Shown here: piece after piece, positions 9,389-16,920 of the stretch
Layout of the letters: every line of letters starts with the position of its first letter
Position numbering within the stretch: the first letter of the stretch is position 1
Source: a virus
Taxonomy: Duplodnaviria; Caudoviricetes
Strand: one strand, 5' to 3'
Virus record (IMG/VR): IMGVR_UViG_3300012953_000220
Span: 1-24,330 of that record
Length of the DNA: 24,330 nucleotides
Position numbers and translations under genes: made by a program
Notes under the pieces: generated by a model
What the model was told of the DNA's origin: nothing
Databases searched by the model: none
What the model saw: only the letters and a program-made list of their open reading frames with translations

Positions 9389-9595
9389 ATGGCAAATTAT
9401 ACAGACGGAATTATGGAAGCATTAACACTTAAACTAAAAGGTGAAATTGCTACTCATAGAATGAATATTAAAATTTTAATAGGTTCACATGCAGGTGTTG
9501 CAGAACATCCTGATATGATTACAACTATTGATGGTGAATTGGAGAAATTAGCGACCGCTCAAGATAAATTGAACACTCTATCAGAATTAAAATAA
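9389..9595 (+). CDS. Conserved small phage protein
   Basis: GVAEHPD motif; GGAG SD upstream. Confidence 0.75.
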   Translation: MANYTDGIMEALTLKLKGEIATHRMNIKILIGSHAGVAEHPDMITTIDGELEKLATAQDKLNTLSELK

Positions 9596-9596
9596 G

Positions 9597-9627
9597 CATG
9601 TACAAATGCTAAAAACTATGGTATAAT
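9597..9627 (+). promoter_or_regulatory. Early promoter P4 (TGTACA-N17-TATAAT)
   Basis: AGCATGTACA...TGGTATAATATACCC directly before ATG 9634. Confidence 0.85.
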
Positions 9628-9633
9628 ATACCC

Positions 9634-10233
9634 ATGAAAACGTTCACAGAGATTCGTGAAGGAAAAGGTCTGACGATCTTTGACATAGATGATACTATGT
9701 TTAAAACCTCAGCGAAAGTTGTCGTTTTAAATACCAAAACTGGTAAGAAAAAAACATTAACACCTAAACAATATAATACATATAAGCTAGGTGGTAATGA
9801 AGAGTTTGATTATGGTCAATTCAAATCAGCAAAACTGTTTCAACAAACAGCTGTGCCGATAGGAAAAATGATCAAAAAGTTTAAAGCAATCTTAAGGAAT
9901 GCAACCAAAAAAGGATCTAAAGTTATTATTGTAACAGCAAGAGCCGATATGGATGATAAGAAATTATTCCTTAATACTTTTAGATCTCATGGAATAGATA
10001 TCGATAATGCTCATATTATTAGAGCAGGTAACTTAGGTTTAAAAGGTAGTGCTGATGCAAAGGCAGTAATCTTTAAACAATTCCTCGATACTGGGGAATA
10101 TTCCACAATAAGACTTTTTGATGATGATGTAAGCAATTTGAAAGCTTTATTATCTCTTAAAGATGAATATAATAATGTGTCATTCGAAGCTTGGAAAGCA
10201 AACGATAAAGGACAAATAAAACGAATTAAATAA
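9634..10233 (+). CDS. HAD-superfamily phosphatase
   Basis: FDIDDT (motif I), VTAR (II), K (III), LFDDD (IV). Confidence 0.85.
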   Translation: MKTFTEIREGKGLTIFDIDDTMFKTSAKVVVLNTKTGKKKTLTPKQYNTYKLGGNEEFDYGQFKSAKLFQQTAVPIGKMIKKFKAILRNATKKGSKVIIVTARADMDDKKLFLNTFRSHGIDIDNAHIIRAGNLGLKGSADAKAVIFKQFLDTGEYSTIRLFDDDVSNLKALLSLKDEYNNVSFEAWKANDKGQIKRIK

Positions 10234-10235
10234 AA

Positions 10236-10445
10236 ATGCCTACAAAATTTAAAGAATCTCAAACTACAAGAGATAGACAGACCGGAAAATATACTACAAC
10301 TCATTATTGGATAAAAGGTATACCGCAAAAAGAATTATTTGAAACTATTAATAGTTCTAATGCTAAACCTAAACTAAAACAGAAATGTAGGAATGAATTG
10401 GTCAGAAGAGGCATAAAAATAGTATACGTACCAAAAGAGGCATAA
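10236..10445 (+). CDS. Small basic hypothetical protein
   Basis: 69 aa ORF filling the gap in the operon. Confidence 0.75.
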   Translation: MPTKFKESQTTRDRQTGKYTTTHYWIKGIPQKELFETINSSNAKPKLKQKCRNELVRRGIKIVYVPKEA

Positions 10446-10763
10446 ATGAATTTTGATAATGGATATAAACCGTTATGTGATGGTTTAAAGGTTGGACCTG
10501 GAGTGCACGGAAACGGAATAATAGCGACCGAAGATTTCAAAGCTGGAGTATTTTTAGGAGAAACCCATATATGGTGTTCTCAACGAAGAGATTGGATCAG
10601 AACACCTTTAGGTGGATTTTTAAATCATTCTGAGGATCCAAATTGCTACGTAAATAATAATATTCATTACCATCATGGTGATCAACGAGAATTATTTACA
10701 GTTAGACCTATTATAGAAGGCGAAGAATTAACAGTATACTATACTTTGGCAGAATATGAATGA
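10446..10763 (+). CDS. Minimal SET-domain protein (putative lysine methyltransferase)
   Basis: HGNGIIA, FLNHSEDPNC, GEELTVYY. Confidence 0.88.
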   Translation: MNFDNGYKPLCDGLKVGPGVHGNGIIATEDFKAGVFLGETHIWCSQRRDWIRTPLGGFLNHSEDPNCYVNNNIHYHHGDQRELFTVRPIIEGEELTVYYTLAEYE

Positions 10764-10924
10764 TGAAATATTTATGGAAAGTTTGGGCTGCATCGCTCGG
10801 GGAAAAAGCAGAAAACGACAATGACACCTTTAGTGATCATGTTGCGATTTTTAGAACAACAGTAGTTTTAGTTAACTTTTTGACGTGCTTTTTTATTACT
10901 GCTGGTATCATTCACCATTGGTAA
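10763..10924 (+). CDS. Small membrane protein (53 aa, not in the ORF track)
   Basis: MKYLWKVWAASLGEKAENDNDTFSDHVAIFRTTVVLVNFLTCFFITAGIIHHW; WxxWAxxLGEK...HW pattern recalled from T4-like marine phages; coupled to the SET stop. Confidence 0.75.
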   Translation: MKYLWKVWAASLGEKAENDNDTFSDHVAIFRTTVVLVNFLTCFFITAGIIHHW

Positions 10925-11008
10925 TATCAGTTTGCAGACTTTATTGATTCTACCTGATTTCATAATTTTATGAAAGCTTTTAAATTTTTTCTTTATTTGT
11001 TTTTGCAT
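10868..11008 (-). CDS. Putative small basic protein (46 aa) on the minus strand
   Basis: MQKQIKKKFKSFHKIMKSGRINKVCKLILPMVNDTSSNKKARQKVN, preceded by a minus-strand TATAAATA. Confidence 0.5.
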   Translation of the reverse strand: MQKQIKKKFKSFHKIMKSGRINKVCKLILPMVNDTSSNKKARQKVN

Positions 11009-11019
11009 ATATATAGGTC

Positions 11020-11027
11020 TATTTATA
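11020..11027 (-). promoter_or_regulatory. T4-type late promoter on the minus strand
   Basis: TATTTATA on + = TATAAATA on -, intergenic, 11 nt upstream of ATG 11008. Confidence 0.55.
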
Positions 11028-11039
11028 CAGGTATCAAAT

Positions 11040-11249
11040 ATGGTTGAACAATGGCACGGCGGAAAAGGTTCAAAAAGAAGAAATTCAAATGAAAAAGCAT
11101 ATTCAGATAATTGGGAAAAAATATTCGGAAATAAACGTGGGGCTGTAGCTCAGTTGGGAGAGCGCGTCCCTTGCACGGATGAGGTCGGAGGTTCGACCCC
11201 TCTCAGCTCCACCACGGACAAAAATGATAAAGATATTAAAAAAGATTAA
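11040..11249 (+). CDS. Small phage protein (HGGKGSxRR...NWExIFG type) reading through the tRNA
   Basis: First ~32 aa match a motif recurrent in phage microproteins; no stop before the tRNA. Confidence 0.6.
   Translation: MVEQWHGGKGSKRRNSNEKAYSDNWEKIFGNKRGAVAQLGERVPCTDEVGGSTPLSSTTDKNDKDIKKD
11139..11214 (+). tRNA. trnA: tRNA-Ala (UGC)
   Basis: 76 nt cloverleaf: acceptor GGGGCTG/CAGCTCC with G3:U70, anticodon loop CTTGCAC, TTCGA T-loop, encoded CCA. Confidence 0.97.
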
Positions 11250-11457
11250 AAATTGGGTTGATCCTAATTATTGGGCAGAACAAATTGGCGAAAAGTCAGG
11301 TGCCTATGATAAAGCTCGAAACAGTACACTTAGACAATGGGTAGACAGTTTAGAAGGTTGGAAATGGTGGGCTTGGCAGTTAGGTCCATGTTTACTTATA
11401 TTTATATTGTTAGAGTTGGGTTTGAACCAGCTTGGCATAACAATGTTACCATGGTGA
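11224..11457 (+). CDS. Trp-rich small membrane protein
   Basis: Start reassigned to ATG 11224 after the tRNA; C-terminal TM helix. Confidence 0.75.
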   Translation: MIKILKKIKNWVDPNYWAEQIGEKSGAYDKARNSTLRQWVDSLEGWKWWAWQLGPCLLIFILLELGLNQLGITMLPW

Positions 11458-11463
11458 TAAAAG

Positions 11464-11622
11464 ATGAAAATTAAAAAAGAAAAAATCATAATTCCAAAGG
11501 TGAAACATCGCAGAGTTACTCCTGCACATGCAATGACGAAAGTCGAGAGAGATAAGTCAAATTATACTCGTAAAGAGAAGTATTCTTATATAAATACTAT
11601 AAGAGACGAGGAGGGAATATAA
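11464..11622 (+). CDS. Small basic protein, weakly ArfA-like (52 aa, not in the ORF track)
   Basis: MKIKKEKIIIPKVKHRRVTPAHAMTKVERDKSNYTRKEKYSYINTIRDEEGI fills the gap exactly; its stop abuts the next ATG. Confidence 0.65.
   Translation: MKIKKEKIIIPKVKHRRVTPAHAMTKVERDKSNYTRKEKYSYINTIRDEEGI
11589..11596 (+). promoter_or_regulatory. T4-type late promoter TATAAATA
   Basis: Exact consensus followed by GAGGAGG SD and ATG 11623. Confidence 0.75.
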
Positions 11623-11889
11623 ATGCCTGATATAGATTTAGATTTTGACTTTGGCTTTACAGCTGTAGACGAACATGAATTAGAAGCAGTACAAACTGTT
11701 ACAAAAACAGCTTCGACAGCATCAGCAGATTTAGCTGATGCAGAAGCAAAATTAGGAAAGTTATATAACGCAATATTACCGTTGTTATCTAACTTAAAGA
11801 AAAATCCTGAAAAGGAATATATACTCTGGCCTAATCGTACAGAGAAAATCGAAGAGTTTGAAGATGTTATTGCTAACATTATCAAATGA
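11623..11889 (+). CDS. Conserved T4-like hypothetical protein
   Basis: DFGFTAVDE and LKKNPEKEYILWPNR motifs; strong SD. Confidence 0.8.
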   Translation: MPDIDLDFDFGFTAVDEHELEAVQTVTKTASTASADLADAEAKLGKLYNAILPLLSNLKKNPEKEYILWPNRTEKIEEFEDVIANIIK

Positions 11890-11901
11890 AGATTAAAAAT
11901 A

Positions 11902-11909
11902 TATAAATA
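11902..11909 (+). promoter_or_regulatory. T4-type late promoter TATAAATA
   Basis: Exact consensus, intergenic, followed by AGAGG SD and ATG 11931. Confidence 0.75.
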
Positions 11910-11930
11910 CTTATTTAAGAGGAAAATAAA

Positions 11931-12182
11931 ATGGCAGTAATAAGACTATTAGGATCAGAAGCAGGAATTGCATCTGCATCTAACGTTGGCTTTGCTAAAT
12001 TAGTAAGAGTTTTGAACAATAAAACTTCAGTACAAGTTATAACACAGAAAAATGCAGGTGGAACTACTCTTGCAACTGTGACATTAAAAGCAGCTGAAGT
12101 AGCATATATTCAAAAAGCTCCTTCTGATACACTTACAGGTGCAGCTACATCTTTAGCAGTTTCTGTTGCATTCGCTAATTAA
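11931..12182 (+). CDS. Ala/Thr-rich small beta protein, possibly virion-associated
   Basis: 83 aa, late promoter and SD; composition like minor structural proteins. Confidence 0.7.
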   Translation: MAVIRLLGSEAGIASASNVGFAKLVRVLNNKTSVQVITQKNAGGTTLATVTLKAAEVAYIQKAPSDTLTGAATSLAVSVAFAN

Positions 12183-12193
12183 TCAAATGAATC

Positions 12194-12634
12194 ATGGCCT
12201 ATTCAAAACAAGTAGTAGACAGATTTGAATCTGTATTAAACTCTCCAGAGAAATTCTCTGTAGGCCGATTCGATCCCAAAGAATCCAATGTAGCAACCGG
12301 AATGACTGGGGCACCAGCGTGTGGAGATGTCATGAAGCTACAATTGAAATTGAATGACGACGAGCAAATCGTCGATGTTAAATTTAAAACTTATGGATGC
12401 GGTTCAGCTATCGCATCTTCTTCATTATTCGTTGATATGCTTATGGGTAAAACCATAGAAGAAGCTAAGCAAGTTAAAGATAAAGACATTGCTAAAGCTT
12501 TAGAACTTCCGCCTATCAAACTTCATTGTTCTGTATTGGCCGAAGATTCTATTCGTAAAGCTATAGAAAACTGGGAAGATAAAAAAGCCCATAGACAGCA
12601 CAATCGAGGTCCTTATGATAGAATTAACGGATGA
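12194..12634 (+). CDS. iscU: Fe-S cluster scaffold IscU
   Basis: MAYS, GAPACGDVMKLQL, FKTYGCGSAIASSS, LPPIKLHCS. Confidence 0.96.
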   Translation: MAYSKQVVDRFESVLNSPEKFSVGRFDPKESNVATGMTGAPACGDVMKLQLKLNDDEQIVDVKFKTYGCGSAIASSSLFVDMLMGKTIEEAKQVKDKDIAKALELPPIKLHCSVLAEDSIRKAIENWEDKKAHRQHNRGPYDRING

Positions 12635-12932
12635 AGCTATACAACAACTCACAATCAAAACCCAAGATGAGGGGAATGATACTATACGAATTGGGTATCA
12701 TCCTGGGGGTTGCAACGGTTTTAAATATATTTTGGATTATGCTGATACAGTACATACTGACGATCACGTAATCGATTATGGCAATTTTATTATAGTAGTT
12801 GAAACTGGTCAATTACACAATTTCACTGGATTAACCTTAGCTTACGTCACAGAAGGTCTCAATTCAGAATTTAAATTCATAAATCCAAATGCAACTGCGT
12901 CCTGTGGTTGTGGAGAATCTGTCTCTTTTTAA
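12615..12932 (+). CDS. iscA: A-type Fe-S carrier (IscA/HesB family)
   Basis: IELTDEA, GGCNGFKY, NPNATASCGCGESVSF. Confidence 0.93.
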   Translation: MIELTDEAIQQLTIKTQDEGNDTIRIGYHPGGCNGFKYILDYADTVHTDDHVIDYGNFIIVVETGQLHNFTGLTLAYVTEGLNSEFKFINPNATASCGCGESVSF

Positions 12933-12952
12933 CATTCTAGAGTTTCCCACAG

Positions 12953-12960
12953 TATAAATA
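12953..12960 (+). promoter_or_regulatory. T4-type late promoter heading the curli-like cassette
   Basis: TATAAATA 5 nt before ATG 12966. Confidence 0.78.
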
Positions 12961-12965
12961 GTACT

Positions 12966-13259
12966 ATGGAAATATTTGAACTCATAATGGAGGTAGGTGC
13001 ACCGATTGCCGGATCTCTGGTGATGGGCTATTTTATATTTTTAATATTAAGACAGATTTTAGGTGGTCTCGTTGATTCAATTTCTACTTTAACTATGTTC
13101 TGTAAGAGCTTAGAAACTAGAGTAACAACTATGAATAACGAGATTATTAAGATAGATTTACTGGTGAGTAGTGCACTAGAACTTACACCACCTGTCGACA
13201 GAGTAGCAAGAGCGTCAAACTTTGTCGAAGATGGTAAAATAGATGCACGGAGGGATTAA
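12966..13259 (+). CDS. Single-TM plus coiled-coil membrane protein A
   Basis: GAPIAGSLVMGYFIFLIL helix; paralogous to the next ORF. Confidence 0.8.
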   Translation: MEIFELIMEVGAPIAGSLVMGYFIFLILRQILGGLVDSISTLTMFCKSLETRVTTMNNEIIKIDLLVSSALELTPPVDRVARASNFVEDGKIDARRD

Positions 13260-13579
13260 TGGATATTATTGAAAGCGATCCAACGTTAGTCTCCCTCATC
13301 AATGATTATGGCTTTCCAATTGTTTTGGCAGTTGGAATGGGATATTTTATATACTACGTATGGCAATTTATATCCAATGAATTAGAACCTGAAATAGAAA
13401 AGATGCATTTTGCTCTTATTAGGTTAATTGATCAAGTTCGAATGCTCGATCAAGATATGATAAGACTACAACAAAAAGTAAATGTTGTACTCGAATACAG
13501 AGAGAGACAAAAATTCTTAGAAGATATTGAAGAAAAGGAAGCTCTCGCGGAGAAGAACAATGAAAAACTGGAAGAATAG
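13259..13579 (+). CDS. Single-TM plus coiled-coil membrane protein B
   Basis: GFPIVLAVGMGYFIYYVW helix; LIDQVRMLDQDMIRL heptads. Confidence 0.8.
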   Translation: MDIIESDPTLVSLINDYGFPIVLAVGMGYFIYYVWQFISNELEPEIEKMHFALIRLIDQVRMLDQDMIRLQQKVNVVLEYRERQKFLEDIEEKEALAEKNNEKLEE

Positions 13580-14114
13580 AATAACGGGTACACACTTAGG
13601 TTTAATCGTTATTATAAGCTATTTTGCAATGGCAACAAGCTTAGAAGCTGATGAATTAGTACATGAATTTAAAAATCCGTCTTTTAGCGGAGTTGGTACA
13701 TCATCTCATTATCTTACTATTGAGAATCAGGAATTTAGCAGAAAACAAGCTATTGCTGATGATATAGAAAGCGCTTTACAAGCAGCACAACGAGAAGCTG
13801 AAAATACAACTTTAGCTAAATTTATGCGAAACCTCGAATCGAGGATTTACGCTCAGCTCTCAAAACAATTAGTAGAAGAATTATTTAAAGCGTGTTCAGC
13901 CGAAGCAATTGCTGCTGGAACATGCACAGAAACCACATTTGGTAGTTTTGTACTTGAAGGGAATACGATTACATACCAAAAAACAACATGTGATGCTAGT
14001 TTGTGGGCATGTACTCAAGGCGATCAAGTCATAGTTATGACAATTATTGCTGAAGATGGATCAGAAACACAAATAGTAATTCCAATAGGTGCAGGAACAG
14101 CTGGCGGTGGTTAA
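13560..14114 (+). CDS. csgF: Curli assembly protein CsgF-like
   Basis: Signal peptide then ELVHEFKNPSFSG (CsgF FxNPxFxG), FMRNLESRIYAQLS, C-terminal GSETQIVIP. Confidence 0.85.
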   Translation: MKNWKNRITGTHLGLIVIISYFAMATSLEADELVHEFKNPSFSGVGTSSHYLTIENQEFSRKQAIADDIESALQAAQREAENTTLAKFMRNLESRIYAQLSKQLVEELFKACSAEAIAAGTCTETTFGSFVLEGNTITYQKTTCDASLWACTQGDQVIVMTIIAEDGSETQIVIPIGAGTAGGG

Positions 14115-15084
14115 AAAGTTATTAGGAATATTCTTCGGAGTCATTCTTATGCAAGGATGCGCTTCGATTGTACCAATTAATGGATTAGATGCAACAAATT
14201 GTAATCCTTCATTAAATTTAGCTTGTGTAGAAGGTCCAGAAGTTGTGGAATTACCTACATATGAGCAATTAAGGAATTTACCTGGAAGGCCAGAAGATAA
14301 ACAAATAGTCGTAGCAGTATACGGATTTCCTGATAAAACAGGTCAAAGAAAACAAAAAGGAAATGCTGCAATGTTTAGTACAGCAGTATCACAAGGCGGT
14401 GATACAATGCTTATTGATGCATTAAAAAATGCTGGATCAGGACAATGGTTCAGAGTAGTAGAACGTGTAGGAATAGATCATCTTACAAGAGAACGTCAAA
14501 TAGTTCGTACTACAAGAGAACAATATGGAGAAGAAGATAAAACTGGTTTAGCACCTCTTCTTTTCGCAGGAATCATTCTCGAGGGAGGTATCATAGGATT
14601 TGATACTAATATCGAGACAGGGGGAATAGGAGCTAGAACACTCGGAATTGGTTATTCACAGCAATACCGTAGAGATATAGTTACAGTTTCGCTCAGAGCC
14701 GTTAGCACATTAACGGGTGAAATATTATTGAATGTGCAAACATCAAAAACTATCTTATCGATCGCAGATGGTTACGATGTCTTTAAGTTCGTTGATATGG
14801 ACACCCAACTTGTAGAAATAGAGGATGGAATGACAGAAAACGAATCTGTAACACGGTCACTTCGCTCAACAATTGAAGCAGCTGTGTTAGAAATGATATA
14901 CCAGGGGGAGAAACTCGACTTCTGGAAAATAAACTGGCCAATGGAGCAAATAATAGAAGGTAAAGTCGAAAAGATTATGGACGATGCCGAAATAATTATA
15001 GTTCCTGAGTCCGAAGATAACTCAGAAGTAGATCTTCCATTAGAAGTACCTACTCCTGATAACATAGAGGAAATAAGAGGATGA
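14107..15084 (+). CDS. csgG: Curli secretion channel CsgG-like outer-membrane lipoprotein
   Basis: Lipobox LMQG-C, VAVYGFPDKTGQRK, FSTAVSQG, WFRVVER, LTRERQIVR, LLFAGIILEGGIIGFDTN, DIVTVSLRAVS. Confidence 0.93.
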   Translation: MVKKLLGIFFGVILMQGCASIVPINGLDATNCNPSLNLACVEGPEVVELPTYEQLRNLPGRPEDKQIVVAVYGFPDKTGQRKQKGNAAMFSTAVSQGGDTMLIDALKNAGSGQWFRVVERVGIDHLTRERQIVRTTREQYGEEDKTGLAPLLFAGIILEGGIIGFDTNIETGGIGARTLGIGYSQQYRRDIVTVSLRAVSTLTGEILLNVQTSKTILSIADGYDVFKFVDMDTQLVEIEDGMTENESVTRSLRSTIEAAVLEMIYQGEKLDFWKINWPMEQIIEGKVEKIMDDAEIIIVPESEDNSEVDLPLEVPTPDNIEEIRG

Positions 15085-15812
15085 ATATTTTTAAAAGATA
15101 TATCGCATTCGCTCTTTTATTATGCCCCGTAATTGTGTTCGCTGGTGCCAATGATAACAAAATTTTGTTAGATCAATCCGGTGATACTTTAAAATTGTAT
15201 GTTGACCAAATAGGTTATGGTAACAAACTTTGTGGAAGTATCTCAAGTGGTGATTGTGCTACAGATTGGGTTTTAACTGGTAATACCGTCACGATGGATA
15301 TAGATATGATCGGAAACCTAAATAAGATTTTTGGTCCAACTTTGTTTGATAATACTGATGTTGACTTAAAGTTAACTGGTAGTTCAAACCAATGGGATTG
15401 GAATGTTGGTTATGGCGGTAGTGCCGATGCATCTGTAATGGATGTAGATATAAGTGGAAGTTCAAACACTTTCGATATAGATTGGGGCTATTCAGCTTCG
15501 TCTGAAAGGTTGGATTTTGACTTAGACATCAATACAGGTAGTTCAAACGTATTTGATATTGATATCAATGCGGATGATGTAACGTGGAACGTAGATATTA
15601 TAGGTAGCTCTAATAATTGGCTATCTAATCAATCTGATGGTGCTTATAATTCACTTACTGTTGAATATATAGGATCAAACGGTGATATCGACATTATTCA
15701 ATCTTCCGGTACATGCCCAAGTGGTGTTAGCGGATGTTATGGAATAATTAATGCGGATTTTGACACAGAGAATGGCGTTGTTGACATTAAGCAAAAAGAT
15801 ACTGGCGACTAG
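15081..15812 (+). CDS. Secreted curlin-like beta-solenoid protein 1
   Basis: Signal peptide; repeated DQSG/DQIGYGN and GSSN strands with alternating hydrophobic residues, N/D/G/S rich. Confidence 0.72.
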   Translation: MNIFKRYIAFALLLCPVIVFAGANDNKILLDQSGDTLKLYVDQIGYGNKLCGSISSGDCATDWVLTGNTVTMDIDMIGNLNKIFGPTLFDNTDVDLKLTGSSNQWDWNVGYGGSADASVMDVDISGSSNTFDIDWGYSASSERLDFDLDINTGSSNVFDIDINADDVTWNVDIIGSSNNWLSNQSDGAYNSLTVEYIGSNGDIDIIQSSGTCPSGVSGCYGIINADFDTENGVVDIKQKDTGD

Positions 15813-16920
15813 TCTATTATTAGCTAGTACAGTAACATATGCCGATGATGTTGGCAGTATAACTGAACACAAGGGCAGTGGTGGAATAACTCGTGAAGGT
15901 GAGTCATTTGCCACTGATCTTGGTTTAGGTGTAGTCGCTATGGACCATATTGAAACGGTCAATGGTAGACTTAAATTAGATTTTATAGATACGTCAGTAC
16001 TTAGATTAACAGAACATACTGAAGTAACTCTATACGAATATTATTATAATAAAGACACCAAAGATGGTGGAATAGGTATGAAAATGGTCAGTGGTACTGC
16101 ACGATTTTCTACTGGAAGATTAGGTTTATTACCTAAAGAAAATATAGTAATTGAAACTCCAACCGCCACAGTGGGCGTACGTGGGACGGATTTTACTACA
16201 TCAGTCGATGAGTTAGGAAGAAGTTTAGTTATTCTCCTTCCAGAAACTGAATGTACTATCGATGGTGATTGTTCACCATCAGGCGAAATTACAGTTACAA
16301 ATGAGGGTGGAATAGTTGTACTCTCTGAAGCATATCAAGCCACAATGGTATCGAGTTATGGAACATCACCATCTCAACCAGTTACGCTTCAAAATGTAAA
16401 TTTAAATATGATTGACAATATGTTTATTGTTAATCCTCCTCAAGAAATACAGGAGCAAGCAGATGAAACGCAAAACAACGGGCAAAGTGATTCTGGTTCT
16501 TTGCTTGATTTTACTGAGCTTGATGCCGATTATCTAGCTGATGATTATTTAGCAGATGATGATTTAGAATTTAGTGAACTCGATATGGATCTTCTCGATG
16601 TCGATTTTTTACAAGATGTTTTGGTTGCTTTAGAAGAAATTAATATATTAAAGCAAAAAAGAGTATTATCTTCTGGAGCTGGATCCGGAGATATTACAGG
16701 AACTACTGCACCTGGATTTGATAAGACAACACAATATAATACAATTATAGATCAAGGTGCTGGACAAATTTGGTTCTATAGAGAAGTAAACGGAGTAATA
16801 TCGGTAAGAATACCGATTGGTTCAGGAACAACGTTGGAGAGTGAAAATGAAGGACAAAAAAATCTTATTACTGTTGGCGATGGTCAGTCTGTTGTTATCA
16901 TCATTCGTCAAGGCGGGTGA
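15772..16920 (+). CDS. Secreted FecR-domain protein with acidic linker
   Basis: Signal peptide; D.IET.NG, F.D.S.LRL.EHT, IETPTATVGVRGTDF FecR signature. Confidence 0.85.
   Translation: MALLTLSKKILATSLLLASTVTYADDVGSITEHKGSGGITREGESFATDLGLGVVAMDHIETVNGRLKLDFIDTSVLRLTEHTEVTLYEYYYNKDTKDGGIGMKMVSGTARFSTGRLGLLPKENIVIETPTATVGVRGTDFTTSVDELGRSLVILLPETECTIDGDCSPSGEITVTNEGGIVVLSEAYQATMVSSYGTSPSQPVTLQNVNLNMIDNMFIVNPPQEIQEQADETQNNGQSDSGSLLDFTELDADYLADDYLADDDLEFSELDMDLLDVDFLQDVLVALEEINILKQKRVLSSGAGSGDITGTTAPGFDKTTQYNTIIDQGAGQIWFYREVNGVISVRIPIGSGTTLESENEGQKNLITVGDGQSVVIIIRQGG

Noticed and set aside
11179-11223. N-terminal extension of the 11179-11457 ORF
   Set aside because: Lies within the tRNA; ATG 11224 is the more plausible start
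16526-16566. Nucleotide tandem repeat
   Set aside because: Degenerate at DNA level; simply encodes the DYLADD duplication in the FecR linker
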